Below, in pieces: positions 7,384-16,962 of a DNA stretch of 64,000 nt (the stretch's first letter is position 1; the number at the start of each line of letters is the position of its first letter). Source of the DNA: an uncultured Myxococcales bacterium (GTDB taxonomy: Bacteria; Myxococcota_A; Polyangia; Palsa-1104; JAEUJZ01); NCBI GenBank assembly GCA_964460115.1, contig CAYWPR010000029.1, positions 4,131-68,130 on the forward strand. Reading direction: 5' to 3'. The position numbers and the translations under genes were made by a program. Under the pieces are notes generated by a model. The model had not been told where the DNA came from, made no database searches, and worked only from the letters and a program-made list of their open reading frames with translations.

Positions 7384-10300
7384 TTGAAATTGAAAATCCT
7401 TTTCATTTATATGCATCCGTCGAGCTCTGTCAAGACGCAAAACTTTGTCCCAAAGTTGTCCGTAGCGCTGCCAAGTGCGCTTTTTTTCGCAGGAAAATCG
7501 AGCGCGAATTCTCAGCCGCAAAACATCCTGTTTGAGGAGCAGCAAAAAAAGGTATGGCTGCTTGATTTCGGCTTGGCCTCGCGCTTGGCTTTTGAATCGA
7601 CGGTGGCGCTTATCCCCGAGGCGCTGGAGGGCACGCTGGCCTATATTTCGCCCGAGCAAACCGGCCGCACTTCGCGCACGCTGGATGCGCGAACGGATCT
7701 TTATTCGCTGGGCGTAACCCTGTTCGAGATGATTAGCGGCCGCCATCCTTTTCTGGAAACCGATCCACTGGCTTTGGTGCATGCTCATTTGGCCAAGCTG
7801 CCTCCCGCTTTGGACGCGCTTATGCCCGAGGTGCCTTCGTCCGTCGCGCGTATCGTCGAGCGACTGCTGGCCAAAGACCCGGACAAGCGGTATCAGACGG
7901 CGCGCGGCTTGATGCACGATCTAGACAAGTGCCTGGAACAATGGCAGCGGGAAGGAAAAATTTCGCCATTTCCAGTGGCCCAGCGCGATTTTTCGCCCAA
8001 GCTGCGTTTGCCCGAGCAGCTTATCGGACGTGAAGCGGAAGTCGAAGTGCTGCGTTTCGCCTTTGAACGCGCCGCCAACGGGGCCGTAGAGCTTTTGCTG
8101 GTCGGCGGTCCTTCCGGCATTGGCAAAACCGCCTTGATTCGCTCTGTGTACCGCGAAATGGCTCGAAGGGGTCGCGGACTTTTGCTAAGCGGCAAACACG
8201 ATCAACTGGCCCGTTCCGTTCCTTATGCCGCGCTGGTGCAAGCCTTTGGCGGACTGATGCAGAATATCGCCGCCAGTCCTCGGGCCACGGTAGATGCTTG
8301 GAAGGAGTGTATTGAGACAGCGATGGGGGGCAACGCCCGCGTCATTGCCGACCTGATTCCTGAACTGAACTGGGTCATGGGCAATCTGCCGCCTGTGCCC
8401 GAACTTCCCAGCGATCAAGCCTACAATCGCTTAAAGCTGGCCTGGATTTACTTTGTTCAAGCTGTGCTCAGCAAAAGCGAGCCGTTGGTGCTTTTTCTGG
8501 ATGATTTGCAATGGATCGATCCGGCTTCTTTGGAACTGCTCAAGGTGCTTCTGACCGATGCGGAACGCCGCAGTATTTTGCTGATTGCCGTCTATCGCGA
8601 TAACGAAATCGACGCCACCCATCCTCTGTGGAATCTGGCGGATGCAGTGGTGAAAAACGGCGATCGAGTGTCCAAGCAGACACTGCGTCCGCTTGAAATT
8701 TTTGAAATTGCGCAGTGGTTGTCGGTTGCTTTGTGCGCGCTGCCCGAACATGTCGCGCCGCTGGCCACAGTGCTCTGGAATAAGACGCGCGGAAATCCCT
8801 TTTTCCTGGGGCAATTGCTGCTGGAAATGTATCGCAGCAAAAGCCTTTTGCGAAATCTCGACAGCGGAGTTTGGATCTGGAATTCGGCGCAAATCGAAAC
8901 TCTGGCGGTGACGGATAACGTTGTCGATTTGATGCAATCCAAGCTGCGCGACCTGCCGGAAGCAACTTGCAGCTTGCTCGGTTTGGCGGCTTGCGCCGGG
9001 CACGTATTTACGCTGGATGAGCTGGCTGTGCTGTCGGCATCGGCCCCGCAGGCAGTGGCCCAGGCCCTTTGGCCAGCGCTGCGTGAAGGAATTCTTATCA
9101 CCGCAGATCTACAGGCTCAATATGTGCAAGCCCTGGTGGAAGAGAATCAGCCGCTTGGCCAATTGCAAAGCCGCTACCAGTTCTTGCACGATCGCGTGCA
9201 GCAGGCCTGTCATCAGCTTATTGCACCTAGCGAGCAGAAGCGCGCCCATCTGGACATTGGACGCCGCTTTCTAGGTCGATATAAAGCGCAAGGCGGAACA
9301 GCGCAGGAACTGCTAGAACTCGTGCGGCACCTGAACTTGGGCGTGGACTGTATGGACTCGCCGCAAGAAGTTCGAGACCTGGTTCAGTTGAACCTGGACG
9401 CCGCGCGCAAAGCCAAGGCCGCAGGTGTGTATCGCTTGATGGCAGAGCTGGCCCTACAGGGATCCAATTTGCTTGGCCCTGGGCAGTGGGAAAACGATTT
9501 CGAATTGGCTGCGCAACTGGCCATCGAGCGCGTCGAAGCGACCTATATGTTGCGGCAAGCCGATGAAGTCGAAGCGCTGGTGCTGTCCCTGCTTGATCGG
9601 AATCTACCGCTTATCACCATCTGGACTCTGCAAGAGATTCGAATGCGTGCGCACTTGATCAGCGGAAAGATGCAAAAAGCTTCGGCACTTGGAAAAACCA
9701 TCTTTGGCCAAGCAGGCAGAAAGATTCCCGATACTGTCGAAGTGCTCATGGCGGAATCAGTCTCGATGCTGAAAGCAATCGATGCGTGGCGCGAACGACT
9801 GGGTGAAGAGGGCCTTTCGGCCATTCCACTGGATTCTGATCCCCTGCGCACGACGCAGGATGCCGCGACTTTTACCTGGATATATTGCTTGATGGCCAGT
9901 GGCGAGTTTCCGCTTATCACCTGGGGCTTGCCGAATGCCATTTCTAGCGTGATCGAAAAGGGCACGCAGACGCGACATTCCGCGCTGCTATTGGCGACGG
10001 CGACAAACTTATGGGGGCCGATCTTTGATCAGCCCCGCGAGGCTGCCTGGTTGGCAATCGCCGCGACCTGGCTGCGGAAAAACCTGAATTCACCTGCCGC
10101 CGATTATGTTGACGTTATCGTCGGTAGTGTTCTTTTGTATCGGCATCATGCACGTGAATCGCTGCCGATTTTCGAACGAGTGATTGCCGATGGATTGGAA
10201 CAGGGAAATTTTTCGGCGTTAAGTGGCGGATGCTTTTGTGCCATCCGCGACAGTTTGATTTGGCCCGGAGCGCCGCTGTCTTTGACGCGTCGCGAGATCG

Positions 10301-12507
10301 AAAAAAAGATGCTACTGGTTCGTCGTGCGGGCGATTCCATTGGCCAAAACACCATCGAGCTTTCCGCTTCCTATGTTGAATGCTTGCTAAATAGGGCGCC
10401 GCTAAGTTGCCGCCCGGACGGTGGAATTCTTCCTTTTGGTTCCAAGGAACTACTCGCGCGCGGCGACGGTCTAAACGGCAGCTTGGCCGATGTTTTGGAA
10501 CTGCCCCTATTTCTAATGATTTGCCAACCTGCGCAGGCCTATCAGCACGCTCAGTGGGCGATGCAACATCAATTTATGTTGCGCACGGTAGCCCTGGGAA
10601 GCGACATCCTGCTTTGCTTGGCGCTGGCGGCTGCGGCCCTGATGGATACGACCACTGCGCCGGAGGAACGAGCCCAGCGGCAACAGGAACTGGAACAAAG
10701 CATTGTGCGCTTTCGCTATCTGGCAGAGGGCTGCGCCGAGAACTTTTTGCACAAGCTGTACCTGCTGGAAGCCGAGCAGGCGCGGCTGGCCGGCAAGGAC
10801 GACGTGGCAATGGCCAAGTACGATGCTGCCATCGATTATGCGCACAAGCAGGATTTTCGGCAGATTGTCGCCCTGGCCGCGCAGCTTTGCGGACAATACC
10901 ATCAGAAGGCCGGCCGACGTCGTATGGCTGCGCTGTACCTTCGCGAATCTCGCAGCGCTTATGAACGTTGGGAAGCGCATGCCATCGTCCGTTTTATGGA
11001 CGAGCACTATGCCGACTACTTGCAAGAACCCGCCGAGGCGGCGATTTCGGCAATTCCCGCATTGGCTCCGACTCGAAACTCCACATCAAGACCCGGCAAT
11101 GCTGCGACCGCGACGATTCGCTCGAGCCGAACGACGCATTCAGGAGGGGCGCTGCTAGATGCCGAAACAGTGATTCGCGCAACCCAGGCCTTGGCCAGCG
11201 AATTGCATCCGGAACGCATCGTCGCGCAACTGATGCATCTAGTCGTCGAAAACGCCGGCGCGCAGCGTGGGGCCCTTTTTCTGACGCAAGGGGATGCGCT
11301 TTTTATGGCCGCTAGGCTTATTACGTCTACGGCGCGCATCGAGACGAATTTGCACATTCCTTTGTTCGAGTGCACAGACGTTCCTCAGATCATCATTGAT
11401 GCGGTCGCGCGCACTCGGCAGCCATTGTTTTTGTCGGATGCACCCGCTGATTCGCGGTTTGGACAAGAACCGCTCTTGCGAGCTTCCAATTCCCATTCCG
11501 TACTGGTCATTCCGCTTTTGCATCAGGCGCGGCTCGTCGGCGCTTTGTACCTAGAGCATGAGGAACGCAATGCATTTTCGGCACAAAGCATGAATTTGCT
11601 AGGAGTCCTGTCCGCACAGACCGCCATTGCGCTGGAGAACGCCAACCTTTATGACGCGTTGCGAAAAAGCAACGTCGAACTTGAATCGCAAGTCGCCGCG
11701 CGCACCACCGAGCTTCAGGACACCCTTTTGGACCTATGGAGCGAGATGGATCTGGCGACCAAGATCCAAACCGTACTTTTGCCCAAGGACGGCGTTTACG
11801 GCGGCCATGAATTTGCCGCGACGATGCGTCCGGCGGCCAAGGTCGGTGGCGATTACTACGATGTCTTTGAACATGCCGGCGCGACGTGGGTTCTTATCGG
11901 CGATGTATCCGGCCACGGCGTCAGCGCCGGCCTGATTATGATGATGGTGCAGTCCGCAATACGGACGCTGGTCGGCGCAAAGGAAAATGTGATTCCCAGT
12001 CCCGCCGAGGTGCTGACTCGCGTCAACGCGGGAATCGCCAGCAATCTGCAAAAAATCGGCAAAGGACAATACATGACCCTTGTGGCCTTGTGTGTCGAGG
12101 GAAGCAAAGTCCGATTTGCCGGATTGCATCTTGATCTGCTTGTCTATCGTGCGGCTTTGCAAACCGTAGAGCACATCAAGACCGAGGGAATCTATATCGG
12201 CTGGGTCGAGGATGCCAGCGGGCTTTACTTCGACACCACCCTGACCCTAGATGCGGACGATATACTGCTTTTGTACACCGATGGTTTGACCGAGGCGCGC
12301 AAGGGAAGCGTGCTTTTAGGCCTCGAGGATGTGCAGCGAATATTGCTAGAAAAAGGTCAAGCGCAAGCCACCCCGCGGCAAATCATTGATGCCACGTTTG
12401 GTCTTCTGGAAGGAACGCAATGCAGCGACGACATCTCTGTCGTGACGCTAAAAGTAGGCGAATCACCAAGTAACGTGGCCGCAGCTATCTCGCAAAACCA
12501 GGTCTAA
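7384..12507 (+). CDS. Disrupted giant signalling protein. C-terminal kinase lobe (DFG, GTLAYISPEQ), STAND/AAA ATPase (GGPSGIGKT; LVLFLDDLQW), TPR/helical region, GAF domain and C-terminal PP2C/SpoIIE phosphatase. The first 45 codons (7384-7518) derive from the inserted DNA.
   Basis: Host-derived coding starts at 7521 (QNILFEEQQKKVWLLDFG). PknK-like kinase-AAA-TPR architecture. PP2C features: GDVSGHGVSAG, and YTDGLTEA, which contains the DG pair. Confidence 0.7.
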   Translation: MKLKILFIYMHPSSSVKTQNFVPKLSVALPSALFFAGKSSANSQPQNILFEEQQKKVWLLDFGLASRLAFESTVALIPEALEGTLAYISPEQTGRTSRTLDARTDLYSLGVTLFEMISGRHPFLETDPLALVHAHLAKLPPALDALMPEVPSSVARIVERLLAKDPDKRYQTARGLMHDLDKCLEQWQREGKISPFPVAQRDFSPKLRLPEQLIGREAEVEVLRFAFERAANGAVELLLVGGPSGIGKTALIRSVYREMARRGRGLLLSGKHDQLARSVPYAALVQAFGGLMQNIAASPRATVDAWKECIETAMGGNARVIADLIPELNWVMGNLPPVPELPSDQAYNRLKLAWIYFVQAVLSKSEPLVLFLDDLQWIDPASLELLKVLLTDAERRSILLIAVYRDNEIDATHPLWNLADAVVKNGDRVSKQTLRPLEIFEIAQWLSVALCALPEHVAPLATVLWNKTRGNPFFLGQLLLEMYRSKSLLRNLDSGVWIWNSAQIETLAVTDNVVDLMQSKLRDLPEATCSLLGLAACAGHVFTLDELAVLSASAPQAVAQALWPALREGILITADLQAQYVQALVEENQPLGQLQSRYQFLHDRVQQACHQLIAPSEQKRAHLDIGRRFLGRYKAQGGTAQELLELVRHLNLGVDCMDSPQEVRDLVQLNLDAARKAKAAGVYRLMAELALQGSNLLGPGQWENDFELAAQLAIERVEATYMLRQADEVEALVLSLLDRNLPLITIWTLQEIRMRAHLISGKMQKASALGKTIFGQAGRKIPDTVEVLMAESVSMLKAIDAWRERLGEEGLSAIPLDSDPLRTTQDAATFTWIYCLMASGEFPLITWGLPNAISSVIEKGTQTRHSALLLATATNLWGPIFDQPREAAWLAIAATWLRKNLNSPAADYVDVIVGSVLLYRHHARESLPIFERVIADGLEQGNFSALSGGCFCAIRDSLIWPGAPLSLTRREIEKKMLLVRRAGDSIGQNTIELSASYVECLLNRAPLSCRPDGGILPFGSKELLARGDGLNGSLADVLELPLFLMICQPAQAYQHAQWAMQHQFMLRTVALGSDILLCLALAAAALMDTTTAPEERAQRQQELEQSIVRFRYLAEGCAENFLHKLYLLEAEQARLAGKDDVAMAKYDAAIDYAHKQDFRQIVALAAQLCGQYHQKAGRRRMAALYLRESRSAYERWEAHAIVRFMDEHYADYLQEPAEAAISAIPALAPTRNSTSRPGNAATATIRSSRTTHSGGALLDAETVIRATQALASELHPERIVAQLMHLVVENAGAQRGALFLTQGDALFMAARLITSTARIETNLHIPLFECTDVPQIIIDAVARTRQPLFLSDAPADSRFGQEPLLRASNSHSVLVIPLLHQARLVGALYLEHEERNAFSAQSMNLLGVLSAQTAIALENANLYDALRKSNVELESQVAARTTELQDTLLDLWSEMDLATKIQTVLLPKDGVYGGHEFAATMRPAAKVGGDYYDVFEHAGATWVLIGDVSGHGVSAGLIMMMVQSAIRTLVGAKENVIPSPAEVLTRVNAGIASNLQKIGKGQYMTLVALCVEGSKVRFAGLHLDLLVYRAALQTVEHIKTEGIYIGWVEDASGLYFDTTLTLDADDILLLYTDGLTEARKGSVLLGLEDVQRILLEKGQAQATPRQIIDATFGLLEGTQCSDDISVVTLKVGESPSNVAAAISQNQV
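7406..7433 (-). promoter_or_regulatory. Second copy of the TTGACA-N17-TATAAAT promoter
   Basis: Same sequence at a +1540 offset. Confidence 0.55.
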
Positions 12508-12510
12508 CGC

Positions 12511-15500
12511 TTATTCGCGTGGCGTTACATCGCGCAGCTCGATGTAACGCTCCATATGCTCGACGGCGCTTTGCGGTGCGGCCTCGATATACTCGCTGCG
12601 GGCTAAGTAGTAAAGCGCGCTTGGATGCTGGCGCAGCCAGCTTGCGTATTGCGGATCATCCGCGACCACTTCCAAATGATCGCGCGCATCGTCAAAAAGC
12701 TCTGTCTTATACAGCAGATAACCTAGCACCAGACGAACGTTTGGCCCCATGCTTTCGACCCAGCGCATCGGCCAATCACGCAGTGCTCGCAAGCCTTGCG
12801 TAAATTGCTGCGTATCGATGGCGGCAAGCGCGGCGGCATAATCGCGTTCAATGCGCTGCCGCTCAGCCGGGGTGGTATTGGCTGCAATCTGCGGATTGCC
12901 TAAGCCGGCGCTAAAATGGCTGTCGTCGCCGTCCCAGTTGCGCACCAGGGGCTCTTCTTGCTCGGCAACATTGCGCCGATCAAAAAGGCTTAAGAGCCGG
13001 GCTAGGCGTACTCCTTCGGCCGTGCTGCCGCCGTCCACGCCGCCGCCTACGCCAAGCGCTCGAAAAAGCAGGCGGCCTGCGGCATCGCGCCTGCCGTGAC
13101 GCAGCAATGCTTTGCCCAGGCGGCTATAAACCGCTTCGCGCTGCATGGCACTTTGTTCGCCCGTCGGCACAAAGTTGCTTAGATAGCGCTCAAAGCGGCC
13201 ATAGGGCCACTCATTGCCGTAGACTCGAGGCGTCGTCAGATCATTGCGCAGGTAGCCCAAAAGGTCGCGCGGGGCGCGAAATTCGATGCGTGCATTGTCG
13301 TCCGTGTTAATCGCTGCCCCCGCGGTATATGCGGGAATCTCATCGGGCAGCAGCAATAGGTCGGCCAGAATATCGTCCGGTTCACTGACTCCCGCGCGCT
13401 GCAGCTCTTTGGCCAGGGTCGGTACCGCAAAATTTTTGGCCAGTCGCGCAAAATCCAAAGGCAGCGGATGTTCGCTGGCAATCAGAATGACATCGCTAGA
13501 GCGGTGCTCCGCGGCAAACACATAGGTGTACGGAAAGACGCTGGCAAAGCTGGCCAAAAGAGTTTTGACATTGGGCTGCGAAAGCTCGTAAAGCTGCGCC
13601 CACTGACAAAATACGCCGCCCGCGGCCAAGCGGCTTTTGGCCAGGCGCCAGTAATCGACCGTGAACAGGCTGCTGACGCCGGCAATCCAGGGATTGGAGG
13701 GCTCGCTGATGATGACGTCGTAGCGGCTTTGCGATTGCGTCATGAAGTTGCGGCCGTCTCCGGCAATCACCGTCACGCGCGGGTCATGGCTTGGCAGATG
13801 GCTGACTTCGGCAAAATAGCGGTCGCCGGCTTCCACGACAGCCGGCTCTAGCTCGATGACATCGGCGTGGGCGATGGGAAACTGCGTAACCGCTCCGGCC
13901 GTTACCCCCGATCCGTAGCCGACCACGGCGACGCTTGGTGGATGCGAAAGGGCGGTCGGATGTAACAAAAGCGGCATCAGCCCGACCATGATTTGCGTGC
14001 TCATGTCGTCGCCGTTTGAGGCATCGACCTTGCCGTTGTTCTTTAAGGCCAGTTGTTTGCCCCAGCGCTCTACCGAAACCGTGGTCGAGACGCCGTCTTT
14101 GTAATAAAGCAGTTCTGGGGCGCGCTGGTCGTTAAAGTAGATGACTTGCCGCGCCAGCGATATGCGAAACAGTCCCGACGAAAAATGCGTCAGATTCCAC
14201 CGCGGCAGGGCCAGGGCAAAAAGCCCCGCCAAAAGCATCACAAAAGCGCCCGCAAAAATGCCACGGCGCCGAGCGCGCGCAAACGATCCCAGGGCATCAG
14301 CAAATAGCAGCAGTGCCGAAAGTCCGGCGGTAACTAGCGCACACAAAAGCAGTCCGCGCTGTAGCCCAAGCATCGGCAGGACGACAAAGCCAGCGGCAAA
14401 GCTGCCGCTAATCGCTCCGATGGTGTTCCAGGCATAGGCAATGCCGACTTGCTCGCCGACGCCAGCCGTATCGGTCGGTGATTCCGTCAGGGCCGCGGTT
14501 TTTTTGCGCCAGGTGTAGACGTGCATGGTCAGGGGCATGACGCCGCCCATGGCCATGGTTGCCGGAACGATGGCCAGGGCCGCAAGCACGAACTGCGTCG
14601 CCAAAAGTTCATCCACAGAGAAACTGGCGCCGCGCAAAATTCCTAAAAAGATCTTCGGCAGCCGCGGCAGCATCAAAAAGGACCACAGCGCCGTAAACAG
14701 CGTAAGCGCATGTACCAGCGCCAGCCCGTACACCGGACGCGCTACCAGTTTGCCGCCGCGCGCCAGCAGCTTGGTCGTCACCGCCGCGCCGCCAAAAAGT
14801 CCAATCAAAAACGCCAACAGAATCAGCGTGAACGAATAAATGGAGGACCCTAAGACGATGGCCAAGGCGCGCGTCCACAGCACCTGGTACACCATGGCCG
14901 TGCCTCCGGAAATGGCATAACACATCACCGCAAGCCGTCGCTGCAAGTCCGTGGGAAACGCAAACTGCGTGGAATCTGGGCTGCGGCCGGCCGGTAGCGC
15001 CGATTCGGGGGCGGCAAGGCTCGGCCCTTCCGGCTCTTTGGTGGGCCCTTCCGCAAGCTCGAGGCTTTGTCGTCGCGTGCGCAGCGCTTCGGCAACCAGA
15101 ATGGCCAAGGCCAAAGACAAGTTTACAAAAGCGCCGACATAGTTTGTGTAGGTGACACCAAGCTGCGGCAGTAAGACAAATCCGCTTACAAAGGTTCCCA
15201 GAACTGCTCCGCCGGTATTGACCGCGAATAGCGCCCCGACTTCTACGGCTTTGCTGCCAAGATGCTGTTTGCGCTGCGCGGACAAATGCTGCGACAAAAG
15301 CGGCAAGGTCGCTCCCATCAAAGTCGTTGGCAATAGCAGCAAAAGCGCAGTCGCCAAAAAACGCAAAAGCGACAGCAGCGCATAGTGATTGCCGACCGTG
15401 CGCCACAGCAAGGCATTGAGCGGCGGATAAAATTTCAGCCAGATCGGAATGCTAAGCGCGAAAATGCCGACCCCCGCTTCCATAAGTGCGTAGGCGCGCA

Positions 15501-15705
15501 GCGGCCGCTTGACGTAGCCGCTGCCGCAAAGCCGGCCGCCAAAGTAACTGCCGGCGGCCAGTCCGCCCATAAATACCGACAGAACGGTCGAGATGGCCAG
15601 TGTGGTCGAACCAAACACCAGCCCCAGTTCACGGGTCCACAGGACTTCAAACAGCAGTCCCGAAGCTCCCGACAGAAAGAAACAAAGAAAAACGATCACG
15701 CCCAT
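12511..15705 (-). CDS. Fused MFS-type transporter / spermidine-synthase-like protein with C-terminal TPR region
   Basis: About 12 N-terminal TM helices. Spermidine-synthase motifs VAVVGYGSGVTAG and DVIISEPSNPW. 1064 aa. Convergent with the kinase gene with only 3 bp between stops. Confidence 0.65.
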   Translation of the reverse strand: MGVIVFLCFFLSGASGLLFEVLWTRELGLVFGSTTLAISTVLSVFMGGLAAGSYFGGRLCGSGYVKRPLRAYALMEAGVGIFALSIPIWLKFYPPLNALLWRTVGNHYALLSLLRFLATALLLLLPTTLMGATLPLLSQHLSAQRKQHLGSKAVEVGALFAVNTGGAVLGTFVSGFVLLPQLGVTYTNYVGAFVNLSLALAILVAEALRTRRQSLELAEGPTKEPEGPSLAAPESALPAGRSPDSTQFAFPTDLQRRLAVMCYAISGGTAMVYQVLWTRALAIVLGSSIYSFTLILLAFLIGLFGGAAVTTKLLARGGKLVARPVYGLALVHALTLFTALWSFLMLPRLPKIFLGILRGASFSVDELLATQFVLAALAIVPATMAMGGVMPLTMHVYTWRKKTAALTESPTDTAGVGEQVGIAYAWNTIGAISGSFAAGFVVLPMLGLQRGLLLCALVTAGLSALLLFADALGSFARARRRGIFAGAFVMLLAGLFALALPRWNLTHFSSGLFRISLARQVIYFNDQRAPELLYYKDGVSTTVSVERWGKQLALKNNGKVDASNGDDMSTQIMVGLMPLLLHPTALSHPPSVAVVGYGSGVTAGAVTQFPIAHADVIELEPAVVEAGDRYFAEVSHLPSHDPRVTVIAGDGRNFMTQSQSRYDVIISEPSNPWIAGVSSLFTVDYWRLAKSRLAAGGVFCQWAQLYELSQPNVKTLLASFASVFPYTYVFAAEHRSSDVILIASEHPLPLDFARLAKNFAVPTLAKELQRAGVSEPDDILADLLLLPDEIPAYTAGAAINTDDNARIEFRAPRDLLGYLRNDLTTPRVYGNEWPYGRFERYLSNFVPTGEQSAMQREAVYSRLGKALLRHGRRDAAGRLLFRALGVGGGVDGGSTAEGVRLARLLSLFDRRNVAEQEEPLVRNWDGDDSHFSAGLGNPQIAANTTPAERQRIERDYAAALAAIDTQQFTQGLRALRDWPMRWVESMGPNVRLVLGYLLYKTELFDDARDHLEVVADDPQYASWLRQHPSALYYLARSEYIEAAPQSAVEHMERYIELRDVTPRE

Positions 15706-15727
15706 GCGTAGCGGTCAGCCTCGCGGG

Positions 15728-16627
15728 TTATTCGCTTTGTGCAAAGCGCACGGTCACTTGATCGGGATGGGCCCGATTGTCCAAATACACCATTACCGGG
15801 CGCTGTTCTTGCGCGATGTCGCCGCCGCCTTTTTGCAGCGTCTGCCACACCGCATCAAAACGCCCAAGCCGAATGTCCAGATCCTGCGGCTCTCCTTTGC
15901 CCAGCCGAATCGCCAGGCCGTCTTGGGTATAAAGCGTTACGCCGACGAATCGGTCGATGTGTACCTCGCCTATCGTTGGCCGCCCGCGGCCGTTTTGGTA
16001 GCGAAAAAGGGCGGACAGCGCCGTCTGTATCTGCGTGCGCGCATAGGCGGGTTCTAACGTGTAGACGCTGCGGCCGATGCCTGTTACCACCGGCAAATGA
16101 ACGCCTTCGCTTGGGACGGCGCGTTTAAAGGCAGTGCCCTCTGCATCGCACAAGTAAAGAGCATCCAAGGCCAAAAGCGCGACAGGAACGTGTTCGGATA
16201 CGGCGATGTGCAAGGTAGCGGGCAGCTCGCGCCGCACCGTGGCGCTTTTTAGCCATGGCTCGCGCAGCAGCCGAGTTTCCACCTGCTGCGGATCGATGCG
16301 CAAAAGATTCGTATGAAGCTGAACTTCAGCCCGCTGTTCGATAAGTGCTGCACTTAAGCGCTGCGTGCCGCTTACGCGCAGCTTTTTCAATGCAAAACGC
16401 GAGCTGTGATAGACAAAATAGTGTGCGCCGACCACGGCTGAAATCAGCAGGCCGCAGGCGCCTAATGCAATAAGTCCGCGCCACAGCAAAACCCAGCGCC
16501 GGCGCCATGCCTCGCGAGAGGATTGCACCGATTTTTGGAAATGCTCGCCGCTTTTGGCGACGCCCGCGCTACGCAATCGGCGGTTTCGTCGACGAAAAAA
16601 TAGAAAAGGCGCCCCCCGCGAGGCCAT
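15728..16627 (-). CDS. FtsQ/DivIB-like POTRA-domain membrane protein
   Basis: Single N-terminal TM helix followed by a POTRA-like region (KKLRVSGTQRLSAALIEQ...). Not in a dcw cluster, so the name is tentative. Confidence 0.4.
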   Translation of the reverse strand: MASRGAPFLFFRRRNRRLRSAGVAKSGEHFQKSVQSSREAWRRRWVLLWRGLIALGACGLLISAVVGAHYFVYHSSRFALKKLRVSGTQRLSAALIEQRAEVQLHTNLLRIDPQQVETRLLREPWLKSATVRRELPATLHIAVSEHVPVALLALDALYLCDAEGTAFKRAVPSEGVHLPVVTGIGRSVYTLEPAYARTQIQTALSALFRYQNGRGRPTIGEVHIDRFVGVTLYTQDGLAIRLGKGEPQDLDIRLGRFDAVWQTLQKGGGDIAQEQRPVMVYLDNRAHPDQVTVRFAQSE

Positions 16628-16752
16628 GGACGCAGTCTACGGGCGCTTCTTTGTGCTGTCCAAAAATTCACGGCATCAGAAGGCATGGCCTCGGCAAATT
16701 TTCAGAGCCAAGCCGCTTGGCCTGCCTGGTCCGTGTCTTGTGGAGCGCGAAA

Positions 16753-16962
16753 TCAGGCGGCCGGCCTGTCTTCCCAGTAGAACAGCGTTATCGCCAGACA
16801 GTGAAAGGCTTCATCACTGGATTGCGTGACCACGGTGTCGACGACCTTCAATTTGGGCCGTTCGGCCAGCCAGGCAGATACTTTTTCGCCAAGCTGATCG
16901 CGTTCCTGCGACATGGTGGCCGAAAAGACTTTGACGCCGTTGAATTGATTGCTGTCCATCAT
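16753..16962 (-). CDS. Small hypothetical protein (69 aa) with a predicted beta-alpha-beta-beta ferredoxin-like pattern
   Basis: ATGATG start. Sits in the divergent region between the FtsQ-like and thioredoxin genes. No SD. Coding status uncertain. Confidence 0.3.
   Translation of the reverse strand: MMDSNQFNGVKVFSATMSQERDQLGEKVSAWLAERPKLKVVDTVVTQSSDEAFHCLAITLFYWEDRPAA

Larger units (their letters stand above)
2120..7520. other. 5.4-kb inserted block interrupting the kinase gene. Cargo is the dprE1/dprE2-like pair plus 2 x (DUF3501-peroxiredoxin). It is flanked by the 7-mer agccgca (2113-2119 and 7514-7520). No transposase, integrase or inverted repeats.
   Basis: The host reading frame ...HKDIKP|QNILFEEQ...DFG is restored exactly if 2120..7520 is removed. 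The left junction carries multi-frame stops, taagtctaattag. Confidence 0.6.
5981..7520. repeat. Tandem duplication, copy 2 (1540 bp)
   Basis: Identical ORF translations at a +1540 offset. Both copies end in agccgca (5974-5980 and 7514-7520). Confidence 0.9.

Noticed and set aside
4441-7520. Considered whether the large direct repeats could be a CRISPR array or IS element
   Set aside because: Only two copies of 1540 bp. They contain complete metabolic genes. There are no short repeat-spacer units, no cas genes and no transposase or terminal inverted repeats.
8431-9101. Multiple 140-190-aa minus-strand ORFs inside the kinase/STAND gene, and similar antisense ORFs inside dprE1, purL and others
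   Set aside because: These are typical high-GC antisense artefacts. They lack motifs and are fully embedded in well-supported genes.
12505-12513. Convergent kinase and MFS/spermidine-synthase genes separated by only 3 bp, with no terminator
   Set aside because: Unusual but not informative on its own. Overlapping convergent ends are common in compact GC-rich genomes.
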